Source: an uncultured Candidatus Saccharibacteria bacterium (lineage in GTDB: Bacteria > Patescibacteriota > Minisyncoccia > Phycocordibacterales > Phycocordibacteraceae). Taken from it: a stretch of 64,000 nt of DNA. The position numbers were made by a program, and so were the translations under genes. The first letter of the stretch is position 1, and the number at the start of each line of letters is the position of its first letter. The notes under the pieces were generated by a model. That model ran no database searches, was not told the origin of the DNA, and worked only from the letters and a program-made list of their open reading frames with translations. The stretch spans positions 217,886 through 281,885 of the forward strand of contig CAZZAT010000001.1 of NCBI GenBank assembly GCA_964652615.1, in the 5' to 3' direction. Positions 45,813 through 54,871 of this stretch are shown here, piece after piece.

Positions 45813-47027
45813 CTAGATACTTGAAGAGAGCGAGTAGATAGGAGAAATCATGGATACGGCAAAGACGCCCACAAAAGCACCAATAAGAAGCATAAGCATC
45901 GGCTCAATAATGGTGGAGAGGTCTTTTGTCCCCTCTTCCACATCAACCTCATAGTACTCAGCGACCTGTCCGAGCATGCCTGCGACCTGTCCTGTCTCCT
46001 CCCCCACCGCCATCATTTCCCCTACAAAGACTGGGTAAAGTTTTGAGTGTTCGATAAAAGAAGCGGAGAGGGGTTCGCCCTTTTTAACGCGTACCCCTGC
46101 TTCGTTTAATACTTTTCCAAACGGGTTATCCCCAACCACCTCTTCAGCAATAGCGATGGCGTTTAGCATCTCAACGCCAGAAGAAAGAAGTGAAGACAGA
46201 GAACGAGCAGCGCGTGCGCTCATCGTTTCTCTCACCAACGTCTGTATGACCGGAATACGAAGCGATATCCAGAGCATGATGTTTCCTCCTACCTTCGTCT
46301 TCAAAAAAGCAATGATGGAAAGCGTTGCGGCGATAAGGAGCGCAAAGACGAGTATCACGTTTGCAGCCATGAAGTCTGAAATGGCGATAATGGTCTTTGT
46401 TGCCGCAGGAAGTTCGGCACCAAGATCTCCAAAGGTTTCAGAGAGTGTGGGCACCACATAGATCATCATGAGAACGCCGATAACAACGATGGCAAACAAA
46501 ATAATAGCGGGATAAATCATTGCCCCCTTTATTTTCTTCTGGAGCGTAAACGAACGGTCCATCTGCTTTGCAACCACCTTCAAAGCGTCTGCAAGCGTTC
46601 CTGACTCTTCCCCAGCCTTGGTCATCGCGATAAAGAGCTTATTAAACACATTCTTATGAGCGGCAAGTGCCTCATGAAAAGCATCTCCCTTCTTCACTCG
46701 CTCCTCAAGCTCCTGCACAATTTTCTTCAAAGCTTTGTTCCCCGACTGGCGCTCAATAACAGAAAGAGCGCGAGAGAGCGTAAGCCCTGCAGAGAGCATG
46801 GCGGAGAGGTTTTTGGTAAACGCAATGCGCTCCTCGGTCTTCACGCCGCTCGTAATTGAAACATTCGCCCATGATGGAAGTGTCACACCCCCTCCTCCCT
46901 CTTCAAGCGAAACAACAACACCTCCACTCTTTTCTACTTCGCTATACACCGAAAAGCGATTCGGCGCTTCTATGATGCGCTTCTCTTCTCCACCGCTTTC
47001 ATTTTTGAGCGTTACGCGGAACTTCAT
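45813..47027 (-). CDS. pilC: type IV pilus assembly platform protein PilC (GspF family)
   Basis: 404 aa; two GspF repeats, polytopic (AIILFAIVVIGVLMMIYVVP...). Confidence 0.9.
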   Translation of the reverse strand: MKFRVTLKNESGGEEKRIIEAPNRFSVYSEVEKSGGVVVSLEEGGGGVTLPSWANVSITSGVKTEERIAFTKNLSAMLSAGLTLSRALSVIERQSGNKALKKIVQELEERVKKGDAFHEALAAHKNVFNKLFIAMTKAGEESGTLADALKVVAKQMDRSFTLQKKIKGAMIYPAIILFAIVVIGVLMMIYVVPTLSETFGDLGAELPAATKTIIAISDFMAANVILVFALLIAATLSIIAFLKTKVGGNIMLWISLRIPVIQTLVRETMSARAARSLSSLLSSGVEMLNAIAIAEEVVGDNPFGKVLNEAGVRVKKGEPLSASFIEHSKLYPVFVGEMMAVGEETGQVAGMLGQVAEYYEVDVEEGTKDLSTIIEPMLMLLIGAFVGVFAVSMISPIYSLSSSI

Positions 47028-47096
47028 TTATTGAAATCGTAGCATGCAATCTGGCCGCTTTGTGGTATCTTCGTGCAAGAAGAATAGGAGGGCAAG

Positions 47097-47384
47097 ATGC
47101 TCACTAAGAACCATTTCGACATTGCTGACCCAAAACAGTACTCCTCCGGAGAAACAATGTATCGTTACTTCATTCTCTACGACTTTGAAGGGGTTGCACG
47201 ACCAAGAAAGAACTTCAACTCCCTAACGAGGGGGACAGTAACAATCTCTAGGCCTAAGAAAATCCAATCCCTAGATGATCTGCGTGAAATTGAAGAGGTT
47301 ATTACGAAATTCCTGAAGAAGCAGTGGAATTGGAACAATGCAAGACTCATGGTAACGGCTTTCAGTCGATTTGAAGATGATTAA
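47097..47384 (+). CDS. hypothetical 95-aa protein (AT-richer, opposite strand within pilus locus)
   Basis: AGGAGGG RBS. Terminator follows. No motif. Confidence 0.4.
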   Translation: MLTKNHFDIADPKQYSSGETMYRYFILYDFEGVARPRKNFNSLTRGTVTISRPKKIQSLDDLREIEEVITKFLKKQWNWNNARLMVTAFSRFEDD

Positions 47385-47410
47385 TTAAAAGGCATGCGGG
47401 TACTACACCC

Positions 47411-47446
47411 GCATGTTTTCTTTTTACTCACTCACCACACGCAATA
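47411..47446. terminator. bidirectional terminator overlapping the pilB stop
   Basis: gcatgcgggt-actac-acccgcatg then TTTTCTTTTT. Confidence 0.6.
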
Positions 47447-49172
47447 CCTCCTCAAGCGAGGTTAACCCCTTCGTTCCCTTATAAATGCCGTCCTCAAGCA
47501 TAGTGAGCATGCCTTCCTTGCGCGCCTGCTTTTCTATCTCGTCTGCAGTCGCGCCCTTCATCATCATTTCCCGAAGCGTTGATGTCACTTCAAGTGTTTC
47601 GTGTATGCCGATACGGCTCTTGTACCCATTTTCATTATCATTTCCCTTTGGCCTGAAAAATGGAAGCGAATCGAGGCTCGTGCCCGACTTCACCAACTTC
47701 TCTTCTACAAGCGCCTTCAACGCTGCATCAAAATGCTCTTCTCCTGCGATGGTGTCGCGGTCTGCCTTTGAGGTCGTGTACTGCTCTTTAGTATCGGTAA
47801 GGCGGCGCACGAGGCGTTGGCCCACAACAACGCGAAGCGTTGAAACAAGAAGGAAGGGTTCGACGCCCATGTCTATGAGGCGGGGAATGGCGCCTGCCGC
47901 AGAGTTTGTGTGGATGGTAGAGAGCACAAGGTGACCGGTAAGGGCTGCGTTAATCGCAAGCGATGCCGTCTCGCCATCGCGTATTTCTCCCACCATGATG
48001 ACGTCGGGGTCTTGGCGCACCAGAGAGCGAAGACCTGCAGCAAACGTAAAGCCGATAGTCGGATTCACTTGCGTCTGGTTCACGCGCTTCATCTGGTATT
48101 CGATAGGATCTTCAACCGTTGAAATGTTTACGTCCGGCTGATTCAAAATATCAAGGATGGTATATAGGGTCGTTGTCTTTCCGGAGCCAGTAGGTCCTGA
48201 TATGAGAATGAGGCCGGTCGTCGCCTTCGTTGCTTTGTGAATACGCTCCAAGCCTTCGCCATGGAAACCAAGCGCTTCAAGCGTAAATCCTTCACCTGTC
48301 TCGCGAAGAAGACGCATAACAACTTTCTCTCCGTAATAGGTAGGGAGAAGAGAGACACGAAACGATACCTTCTCTGCTTCGGTCTCCATCTTGAAGCGGC
48401 CGTCCTGCGGCAAACGCTTCTCATCAAGCTTCAAGTTCGCAAGCACCTTAAGACGTGCGGTAATGCCTGGTGCTGCTGCTTTAGGAAGCGTCATGGCGTC
48501 ATGCAAGAGTCCGTCGATGCGGTAACGGACCAAGACTTCGAGCTCCATAGGTTCGATATGGATGTCGGACGCGCCTTGCGTAATGGCATGGCGAAGCAGA
48601 GTATCAACGATGCGCACAATGGGCAGATCTTCTGCCATCTTCTTCAAATCATCGCCAGATACTTCTTGCCCGTCGGCATCCTTCACGATGTTTATCTTCC
48701 CCGCCTCTCCGGTAATAAGGTCGCCAAATTCTTCCTTAAGAGATTTCTGATACTGCAAGAGTGCGTTCTTTATAGACTCCTCATCGGTAAGGCGCGGCAG
48801 TATCTTAAGACCAGTCTTCTTGCGCACTGAATCGATAGCGGGAAGATCTTCCGTATCAAGCATGGCAACCTCAAGCTGCCCATTCTCCTTCTTATACGCA
48901 ATGATGCTGTGCGTGCGGGCGATTGGCTCTGGGATAAGGGAGAGTATTTCGATAGGCACCTTGCTGTCTTTAAGGTTCACAAACGGCACGCCAAGCACAT
49001 ACCCTTTTATGCGGCGCAGTGCATCCGTTGTGAGCGCTCCCTCGGCAAGAAGAATATCGCCAATAGACTGCTTCTTCTTTTTCGCCTGCTCTTCAGCAGC
49101 TTCAACATCCTTGCGCGGCACAAGACCGGAATCGAGGATGAATTCTTTCAAATCTTTTTCAGATACTTTCAT
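47424..49172 (-). CDS. pilB: type IV pilus assembly ATPase PilB (GspE family)
   Basis: Start at MKVSEKDLKEFILDSGLV; Walker A ISGPTGSGKTTTLY, Asp/His boxes, N-terminal GSPII_E domain. Confidence 0.9.
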   Translation of the reverse strand: MKVSEKDLKEFILDSGLVPRKDVEAAEEQAKKKKQSIGDILLAEGALTTDALRRIKGYVLGVPFVNLKDSKVPIEILSLIPEPIARTHSIIAYKKENGQLEVAMLDTEDLPAIDSVRKKTGLKILPRLTDEESIKNALLQYQKSLKEEFGDLITGEAGKINIVKDADGQEVSGDDLKKMAEDLPIVRIVDTLLRHAITQGASDIHIEPMELEVLVRYRIDGLLHDAMTLPKAAAPGITARLKVLANLKLDEKRLPQDGRFKMETEAEKVSFRVSLLPTYYGEKVVMRLLRETGEGFTLEALGFHGEGLERIHKATKATTGLILISGPTGSGKTTTLYTILDILNQPDVNISTVEDPIEYQMKRVNQTQVNPTIGFTFAAGLRSLVRQDPDVIMVGEIRDGETASLAINAALTGHLVLSTIHTNSAAGAIPRLIDMGVEPFLLVSTLRVVVGQRLVRRLTDTKEQYTTSKADRDTIAGEEHFDAALKALVEEKLVKSGTSLDSLPFFRPKGNDNENGYKSRIGIHETLEVTSTLREMMMKGATADEIEKQARKEGMLTMLEDGIYKGTKGLTSLEEVLRVVSE

Positions 49173-49221
49173 AGCTGTCGATAAGTATAACGCGCCGACA
49201 CTACAGTGTCGGCGCGTTGTT

Positions 49222-49710
49222 CTATGCAACAGGTCGAAGATAGGCACGAAGCGCATTGCGCAGGTGCCAGAACTTGCTGCCTGAACCTTTTTCACTCAAG
49301 CGGCGCTGTCCAAAACAAGGATCAGGGAATTCCCTGTCCATGAAAAAGGGTGGTGTTTTATAGCGAGGAATAAGATGCATGTGGCCGTGGCCGCGATGCA
49401 CTTCATATTCGTTGCCAAGCCATTCGCAGTTCACAAGGTCTGGCGAAGCCGCAGCGAGTTTAAGCGCTCGTCTGTAATCACGAATGATTGTTTGAAGTTC
49501 GCTAAGCTCATCAAACGTAAGCTCTTCAAAGGGCATGAGGTCAACATGGCGCTTTGAAAGCCATGCGTACGCACGACCAAAGTGTGCTTGCTTCTCGCTA
49601 AGATAAAGTGTCCAGTGCTCGTAGCGTGCGAGCACTAGCTCAGCGTACTCCGGGTTATCCAAAAGCTGTGCGATGTCCGCTTCTGAAGCGGGCGGAAGTT
49701 TCAGTGGCAT
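49222..49710 (-). CDS. HIT-superfamily protein (HGHMHLIPRY histidine triad)
   Basis: Start MPLKLPP with GGAGG RBS; HxHxHxx motif near C-terminus. Confidence 0.6.
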   Translation of the reverse strand: MPLKLPPASEADIAQLLDNPEYAELVLARYEHWTLYLSEKQAHFGRAYAWLSKRHVDLMPFEELTFDELSELQTIIRDYRRALKLAAASPDLVNCEWLGNEYEVHRGHGHMHLIPRYKTPPFFMDREFPDPCFGQRRLSEKGSGSKFWHLRNALRAYLRPVA

Positions 49711-49851
49711 AGGGTCCTCCTTTTCTTTTGTCACCCTACCCCATCCCCTCTCTTGACGCAAAACGTCTTCTGCGGTATGCTTCTTATATCTGAAAGGTCC
49801 GCTCCCTGCGGGCCCTTCGTTTAATAAAAGGTGCGTACATACATATCCCAT

Positions 49852-51195
49852 ATGCTAGATCTCAAAACCATTCAGTCAGTGCTCGGAGAATTCGAAGAGC
49901 GCGGCATAGCCCGCGAGACGATGATAGACGCTATCGAAAGCGCGATGGCGACTGCATACAAGAAAGAGTACGGGAAGCGCGGACAAGTGGTGCGCGCAAA
50001 GCTCGACATGAACACGGGTACGGTTGAATTCGAGCAGGTGAAGATGGTTGTTGATGACACTATGGTGCGCTTTCCAGAAGAGGATGAGGTAGTGCACGAA
50101 CTTCCTGCGCATCATCCGCATTTTGACCGTGAAGAGGAAGTTGCTGAAGGCGAACTACCTCGCTTTGATGCAGAGAAGCATATTCTTCTTGAAGACGCGC
50201 GCCGCATACGCCGCGGTGCAGAGCTTGGAAGCGAAATTGTGTTCCCGCTTGAGCCTCAAGACGACTTCGGCCGCATTGCAGCTCAGACCGCAAAGCAGGT
50301 CGTTATCCAGAAGATACGCGAGGCAGAGAAACTCTCTATTCTCGATGAGTTTGGCGGCAAGAAGGGAGAAATCGTCACAGGTGTCGTGCAGCGTATTGAA
50401 CGCGGCTCTCTCTACATAGACCTCGGACGCGCAACGGGCGTTATTCCCTACGAGGAGCAAATCCCGGGAGAGCGCTATCGCCCAGGCGAGCGTATTCGCG
50501 CATACCTTGGCGCAGTGGATGAAGGTTTCCGCGGCGTATATCTGCGCCTTTCGCGTGCAAATCCACGCTTTGTCGTGAAGCTCTTCGAGCTTGAAGCTCC
50601 TGAACTTGCTTCAGGCGCTATTGAGGTGAAAAACATTTCTCGCGAACCTGGTGCGCGCACAAAGATTGCTCTCTCGTCAATTGATACCCATGTTGATCCT
50701 GTCGGCTCTCTTGTAGGTCAGCGCGGGGTTCGTGTTTCAACCGTCATGAGCGAACTTGGTGGCGAGCGCATCGACATTATTGAATGGTCAGAAGATGCTG
50801 CTGCCTACATCAAAGAAGCACTCTCTCCTGCAAGCGTGCTTGAGGTAGAGCTTGATGAAGCAGAGCATCGTGCAACCGCAACAGTATCTGATGATCAGCA
50901 GTCGCTTGCTATTGGTAGAGGCGGCCAGAATGTGCGCCTTGCTGCGCGCCTTACCGGTTGGAACATAGATATTAAGCCAGTAGGTGGTTCTGCAGAGCCT
51001 TCTGCTGAAGCAACACCCGATGACGCTGACTCTCCTTCTGAAGAAGCAGACATCACTCCAGAGGAAATGCCTGTTGCAGTAGTCGCAGACGACAGCATTG
51101 CAAAAGCGGAGCTTCCTGCTGAAGAAGAGCTTGAAAAAAGCACCGAAGGAGACGAGACAAAGGTAGAAGAGAAGGAGTCTCGCGACGAGGCGTAA
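49852..51195 (+). CDS. nusA: transcription termination/antitermination factor NusA
   Basis: ...ATAYKKEYGKRGQVVRAKLD..., S1 and two KH regions (GSLVGQRGVRV, LAIGRGGQNVRLAARLTG). Start ambiguous (GTG 49831 or ATG 49852). Confidence 0.88.
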   Translation: MLDLKTIQSVLGEFEERGIARETMIDAIESAMATAYKKEYGKRGQVVRAKLDMNTGTVEFEQVKMVVDDTMVRFPEEDEVVHELPAHHPHFDREEEVAEGELPRFDAEKHILLEDARRIRRGAELGSEIVFPLEPQDDFGRIAAQTAKQVVIQKIREAEKLSILDEFGGKKGEIVTGVVQRIERGSLYIDLGRATGVIPYEEQIPGERYRPGERIRAYLGAVDEGFRGVYLRLSRANPRFVVKLFELEAPELASGAIEVKNISREPGARTKIALSSIDTHVDPVGSLVGQRGVRVSTVMSELGGERIDIIEWSEDAAAYIKEALSPASVLEVELDEAEHRATATVSDDQQSLAIGRGGQNVRLAARLTGWNIDIKPVGGSAEPSAEATPDDADSPSEEADITPEEMPVAVVADDSIAKAELPAEEELEKSTEGDETKVEEKESRDEA

Positions 51196-51209
51196 TATAC
51201 TAGGCGTAT

Positions 51210-51731
51210 ATGAACCTACTTCACGATATTGCTCCGGGAACAAAAGACGAGATGAATGTCATCGTCGAAATCAACAAAGGGTCAAAGAATAAGTACGAAA
51301 TAGACAAGGAAACAGGACTTATTGCACTCGACCGTGCCATGCACTCGGCGCAGGACTATCCCTTTGATTACGGTTTTGTCCCGCAAACACTCTGGGATGA
51401 TGGGGACGCACTTGATGTGGTACTCCTTACTACCTACCCGCTTGTTCCAGGCATCTTGGTGCGCGCCCGTCCTGTAGGCATCATGCATATGATTGATGGG
51501 GGTGAACCTGATGAAAAAATGCTCGCCGTTCCGGTAGATGATCCACGCTGGAAAGAGTGCGTTGACCTGCAGGACATCAATAAGCACACCTTGAAGGAAA
51601 TCGCCCACTTCTTCGCAACCTATAAGCAAATACAAGGAAAAGAAGTGTCTGTGGGAGAGTTTGAAGGAAAAGAGAAAGCCGAAGCAGCATTTGAACGAGC
51701 GCAAGAGCTCTACAAAAACGCAAAGAACTAA
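51210..51731 (+). CDS. ppa: inorganic pyrophosphatase
   Basis: 173 aa; ...MNVIVEINKGSKNKYEIDKETG...DYPFDYGFVPQT...GDALDVVLL.... Confidence 0.9.
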   Translation: MNLLHDIAPGTKDEMNVIVEINKGSKNKYEIDKETGLIALDRAMHSAQDYPFDYGFVPQTLWDDGDALDVVLLTTYPLVPGILVRARPVGIMHMIDGGEPDEKMLAVPVDDPRWKECVDLQDINKHTLKEIAHFFATYKQIQGKEVSVGEFEGKEKAEAAFERAQELYKNAKN

Positions 51732-51740
51732 GAAAAGTCG

Positions 51741-51770
51741 ACACCGCCCCGTATGGGGCGGTTGTCATTT
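51741..51770 (+). terminator. terminator-like hairpin after ppa
   Basis: accgcccc-gtat-ggggcggt then TGTCATTT. Confidence 0.5.
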
Positions 51771-51841
51771 GAGGTTCTTGGAACCGTCATATACTAGGTA
51801 CACCCTGTCCTTGGGGTTCCTTACGAACATAATCTTGGTAC

Positions 51842-52645
51842 ATGAACTACATTGCCCCTCTTTTGTTTGTCTTCGCGTTTCTCGTTGCGGGAACAGCGGC
51901 CCATGCTGAAGAAAACCGCCCTGGCTTTTATAAGGACGCTATTGAGCGCGCAGAGCTTCGCAAAGACCAGCTGCAAGAGCGCGACATGCTCTTCAAGGAG
52001 AATAAAGACGAACGCCACGATCTCTTTGGAGAAAACAAAGAGGAGCGTAAAGCATTCTCTGGTACCCCCGAAGAACGCAAAGCACTTTTTGGAGAGAATA
52101 AAGCGGAGCGCCATGCCCTTTTTGATGAGAATAAGAAGGAACGACATGAGCTCTTCAAAGAAAACCAAGGAGAACGTCATGAACTCTTTAGAGCACAATG
52201 GGAAGAACGTAAGAATTGGTTCGCCTCTTCAAGTGAGAAATGGAAAGAACGCTTTTCAGAAGAAGCTCGAGAACGTATTGCTAGCAGAGCAGACTACGTT
52301 GCCGAAATCTTCCAGAATGTTCTTGAACGCCTATCAAATGTCGCAGATCGTATCGAAGGACGCATCGCAGAGCTTGAGGCAGAAGGTGTTGATGTATCAG
52401 TATCTGTAGAGCTTCTCGCAGCTGCAGATGTGCAGATAGCTGAAGCGGCTGATGCGGTAGACGCTGCGATTGAAGGTATAGAAGAAGCTCTTGCTTCTGA
52501 AGAACCAAAAGAGGCGCTCAAGACGGTAAAAGCTTTGAAGGACGAAGCTAAGACTGCACTTCGTGAAGCTCATCAAGCACTTACAGAAGCCGCACGCTCT
52601 CTTCCAAAAGCTCGTGTAGAGGTAGATGTAGACGGTACGCTATAA
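51842..52645 (+). CDS. secreted protein with degenerate tandem ~11-aa ER[HK]xLF(x)ENK repeats and a C-terminal Ala/Glu-rich coiled-coil-like region
   Basis: Signal peptide MNYIAPLLFVFAFLVAGTAAHA. Repeats HDLFGENKEERKAF / KALFGENKAERHALFDENKKERHELFKENQGERHELF are visible at DNA level with ~33-nt period. Confidence 0.6.
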   Translation: MNYIAPLLFVFAFLVAGTAAHAEENRPGFYKDAIERAELRKDQLQERDMLFKENKDERHDLFGENKEERKAFSGTPEERKALFGENKAERHALFDENKKERHELFKENQGERHELFRAQWEERKNWFASSSEKWKERFSEEARERIASRADYVAEIFQNVLERLSNVADRIEGRIAELEAEGVDVSVSVELLAAADVQIAEAADAVDAAIEGIEEALASEEPKEALKTVKALKDEAKTALREAHQALTEAARSLPKARVEVDVDGTL

Positions 52646-52654
52646 TCCTCGTAT

Positions 52655-52924
52655 ATGGACACCACCCCAGCGCCTGCACCAGTACCAGAAGCACAAAAGC
52701 CAAAGACCTCATACGGCACCGTTGCAGGTCTCCTTATCATCGTTGCTGCGATTGTTATCGGCGCCCTCTACTTCCTGAAGGAGCGCGTACAGTCTCCAGA
52801 AACGGCAAGCCCAACTGATCCTTCTGCAATTGAAGCGGATCTTGATGCGCAGTCATCTGATGAGTTCGAGCGCGAAATAGATGAGGCGTTTGTCGAACTT
52901 GATGCCGCTATAGAAGCGCAATAG
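52655..52924 (+). CDS. small membrane-anchored acidic protein
   Basis: 89 aa; Pro-rich N-terminus, one TM (VAGLLIIVAAIVIGALYFL), acidic C-terminus. Confidence 0.45.
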   Translation: MDTTPAPAPVPEAQKPKTSYGTVAGLLIIVAAIVIGALYFLKERVQSPETASPTDPSAIEADLDAQSSDEFEREIDEAFVELDAAIEAQ

Positions 52925-52931
52925 CACGAAA

Positions 52932-52975
52932 AAGAAACGAGCCGTTCGCAAAAAGCGAGCGGCTCGTTTCTTTTA
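52932..52975 (+). terminator. rho-independent terminator
   Basis: gaaacgagccg...cggctcgtttc long hairpin plus TTTT. Confidence 0.65.
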
Positions 52976-53002
52976 CCCATGTTTGGTAAACTATGTCTCA
53001 CT

Positions 53003-53605
53003 ATGAAACCCACCACCCCGCATTCGATGCTTGTGCCCATGGTTATCGAAAAGTCGCAGTTTGGAGAACGCGGCTATGACATCTACTCAAGACTCCTTAA
53101 AGACCGCATCGTCTTTCTTGGCGGCGGTATCGAGGATGATATGGCAAACCTCATCATTGCCCAGCTTCTCTTCCTTGAGTCTGAAGATCCAAAGAAAGAT
53201 ATTTCGTTGTACGTAAATAGTCCGGGCGGTTCTGTAACCGCAGGACTTGCGATTGTGGACGCGATGAACCATATCAAACCAGCAGTCTCAACGGTATGCG
53301 TGGGCATGGCAGCATCTGCTGCTGCAGTCATTCTCGCTTCAGGAGAAAAAGGTAAGCGCTATGCTCTACCAAACTCCGAGGTGATGATTCACCAGCCATG
53401 GGGCGGCGCACAAGGACAGGCCACTGATATTGAAATCACCGCTAAGCACATCATCGCAACGCGTGAACGGCTTAATAAAATACTCGCTAAAGCAACCGGC
53501 CAGCCGCTCGCAAAGATTGAAAAGGACGTGGAACGCGACTACTTCATGACTGCAGAGGATGCTAAGAAGTACGGCCTTGTTGATACGGTGTATAAGGCAA
53601 AATAA
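53003..53605 (+). CDS. clpP: ATP-dependent Clp protease proteolytic subunit
   Basis: ...[34 protein letters not shown]...; catalytic [12 protein letters not shown] (Ser), MIHQP (His). Start could also be 52979 or 53027. Confidence 0.9.
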   Translation: MKPTTPHSMLVPMVIEKSQFGERGYDIYSRLLKDRIVFLGGGIEDDMANLIIAQLLFLESEDPKKDISLYVNSPGGSVTAGLAIVDAMNHIKPAVSTVCVGMAASAAAVILASGEKGKRYALPNSEVMIHQPWGGAQGQATDIEITAKHIIATRERLNKILAKATGQPLAKIEKDVERDYFMTAEDAKKYGLVDTVYKAK

Positions 53606-53650
53606 GAAACATACAGAAAGAGCGCGAGTCCTAGACTCGCGCTCTTCGTT

Positions 53651-54109
53651 TTAACTTCCAAGCAGTTTGCGCCGCTGGTCGCGCCGAGCGAGCTGCAAAA
53701 AATACTCTTCGATTTTTTGCGTATCTCGAACTTCGGCTTCGGTTGGTTCGCGGCGCGCGACTGGCTTTGGTTCTGGCGCCTTTACCGCTACCTGTTCTTT
53801 CCGTCGCACCCTAGGTCGCGGCTGCTTCGTGGATTTTTGTACGCATACCAAGTTGTTCTTCTTGAACTTCTGGAGCAGCGCAATCTCGTTTGGATAAAGT
53901 TCTCCGAACGATCTCACGACATTCTCTCGGCGCAGGCCGCCGATAATTGAGCTTGGCGTAACCGCATGAGAGTCCTTCTCCGAAGGAAGAAACTGCTTGT
54001 CGAGCTTCTTCGCAACTTCCCCAGTCGAACCCGATGTTTCGATTGCGGTTTTAAGCGCAGCGAGAAACAGCGGACTCTCCCAGTTGATGCGTGGTTTTTC
54101 TACCACCAT
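53651..54109 (-). CDS. hypothetical basic protein
   Basis: 152-aa ORF with AGGAAAGGGGAG RBS-like sequence upstream; no motif. Confidence 0.45.
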   Translation of the reverse strand: MVVEKPRINWESPLFLAALKTAIETSGSTGEVAKKLDKQFLPSEKDSHAVTPSSIIGGLRRENVVRSFGELYPNEIALLQKFKKNNLVCVQKSTKQPRPRVRRKEQVAVKAPEPKPVARREPTEAEVRDTQKIEEYFLQLARRDQRRKLLGS

Positions 54110-54165
54110 AATGCTCCCCTTTCCTGTTAGTGAGCTTCTGCTTCATGTATACCCTATAGAGGGTA

Positions 54166-54208
54166 CAAAGAAAACGGCGCGGACATTCTTGTCCGCGCCG
54201 TTCTTTAT
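54166..54208. terminator. terminator hairpin between two minus-strand hypothetical genes
   Basis: ggcgcggac-attctt-gtccgcgcc with T-run on the minus-strand reading. Confidence 0.55.
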
Positions 54209-54708
54209 TAAGGTGCCGGTTCTTCCGGCGGCGCTTCAGTCACAGGCTTCTGTCTCGACCACTCCGCAAACATGTCCGCGAAATGGCCTTCGATGGGCCG
54301 CGCAACCAGTCCGGCATTGCGGCTATATTCCGCGGCCGGCCAAAGTTCAGAGAGCTCGATGCGCTCCACTTGCGAAAAGGGCGACGAAAGCCCATAGACT
54401 TCGATGCCGCCCTCGACAAGACGAACGCGCGTGATGTGCGCAACGCGATCATCGTGGAACCGCAGCAGGAGTGCGCAGCCGCGCTCTTCCACTTCCGCCA
54501 CCACCTCGCTTGAGGTGCAGGACGGGAGAAGAAAGTTGGTCATGGCGCGCACTTTTGCGCGTTCATGTTGAGACGCATTTGCAGCTTGGATCTGCTCGTT
54601 CCAGCCGAAATAGAAAACGCTACCGAACCCGATGACGGCCAAAATAGCCATGACCCCAATCGCGATAAGCACCTTCCTTGCTGTTGAAGAACTTACCTTC
54701 TCTGCCAT
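54208..54708 (-). CDS. membrane-anchored hypothetical protein
   Basis: 166 aa; N-terminal TM (VLIAIGVMAILAVIGFGSVFYF). Confidence 0.45.
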   Translation of the reverse strand: MAEKVSSSTARKVLIAIGVMAILAVIGFGSVFYFGWNEQIQAANASQHERAKVRAMTNFLLPSCTSSEVVAEVEERGCALLLRFHDDRVAHITRVRLVEGGIEVYGLSSPFSQVERIELSELWPAAEYSRNAGLVARPIEGHFADMFAEWSRQKPVTEAPPEEPAP

Positions 54709-54871
54709 CAGAATTCTCCTTCTGTTACTGGCACGTTGACAATGCTATAACCCGTTTCATAAGTCAAGATGCGCGTGGTATAGTGCCCGCGTTGGCACCG
54801 ACCCTTTCCCGCAACGAACGATCTTCCGCTGACGCTTCATTTGCCTAGGTGCGCCTAATTCCCCGCCCCGT

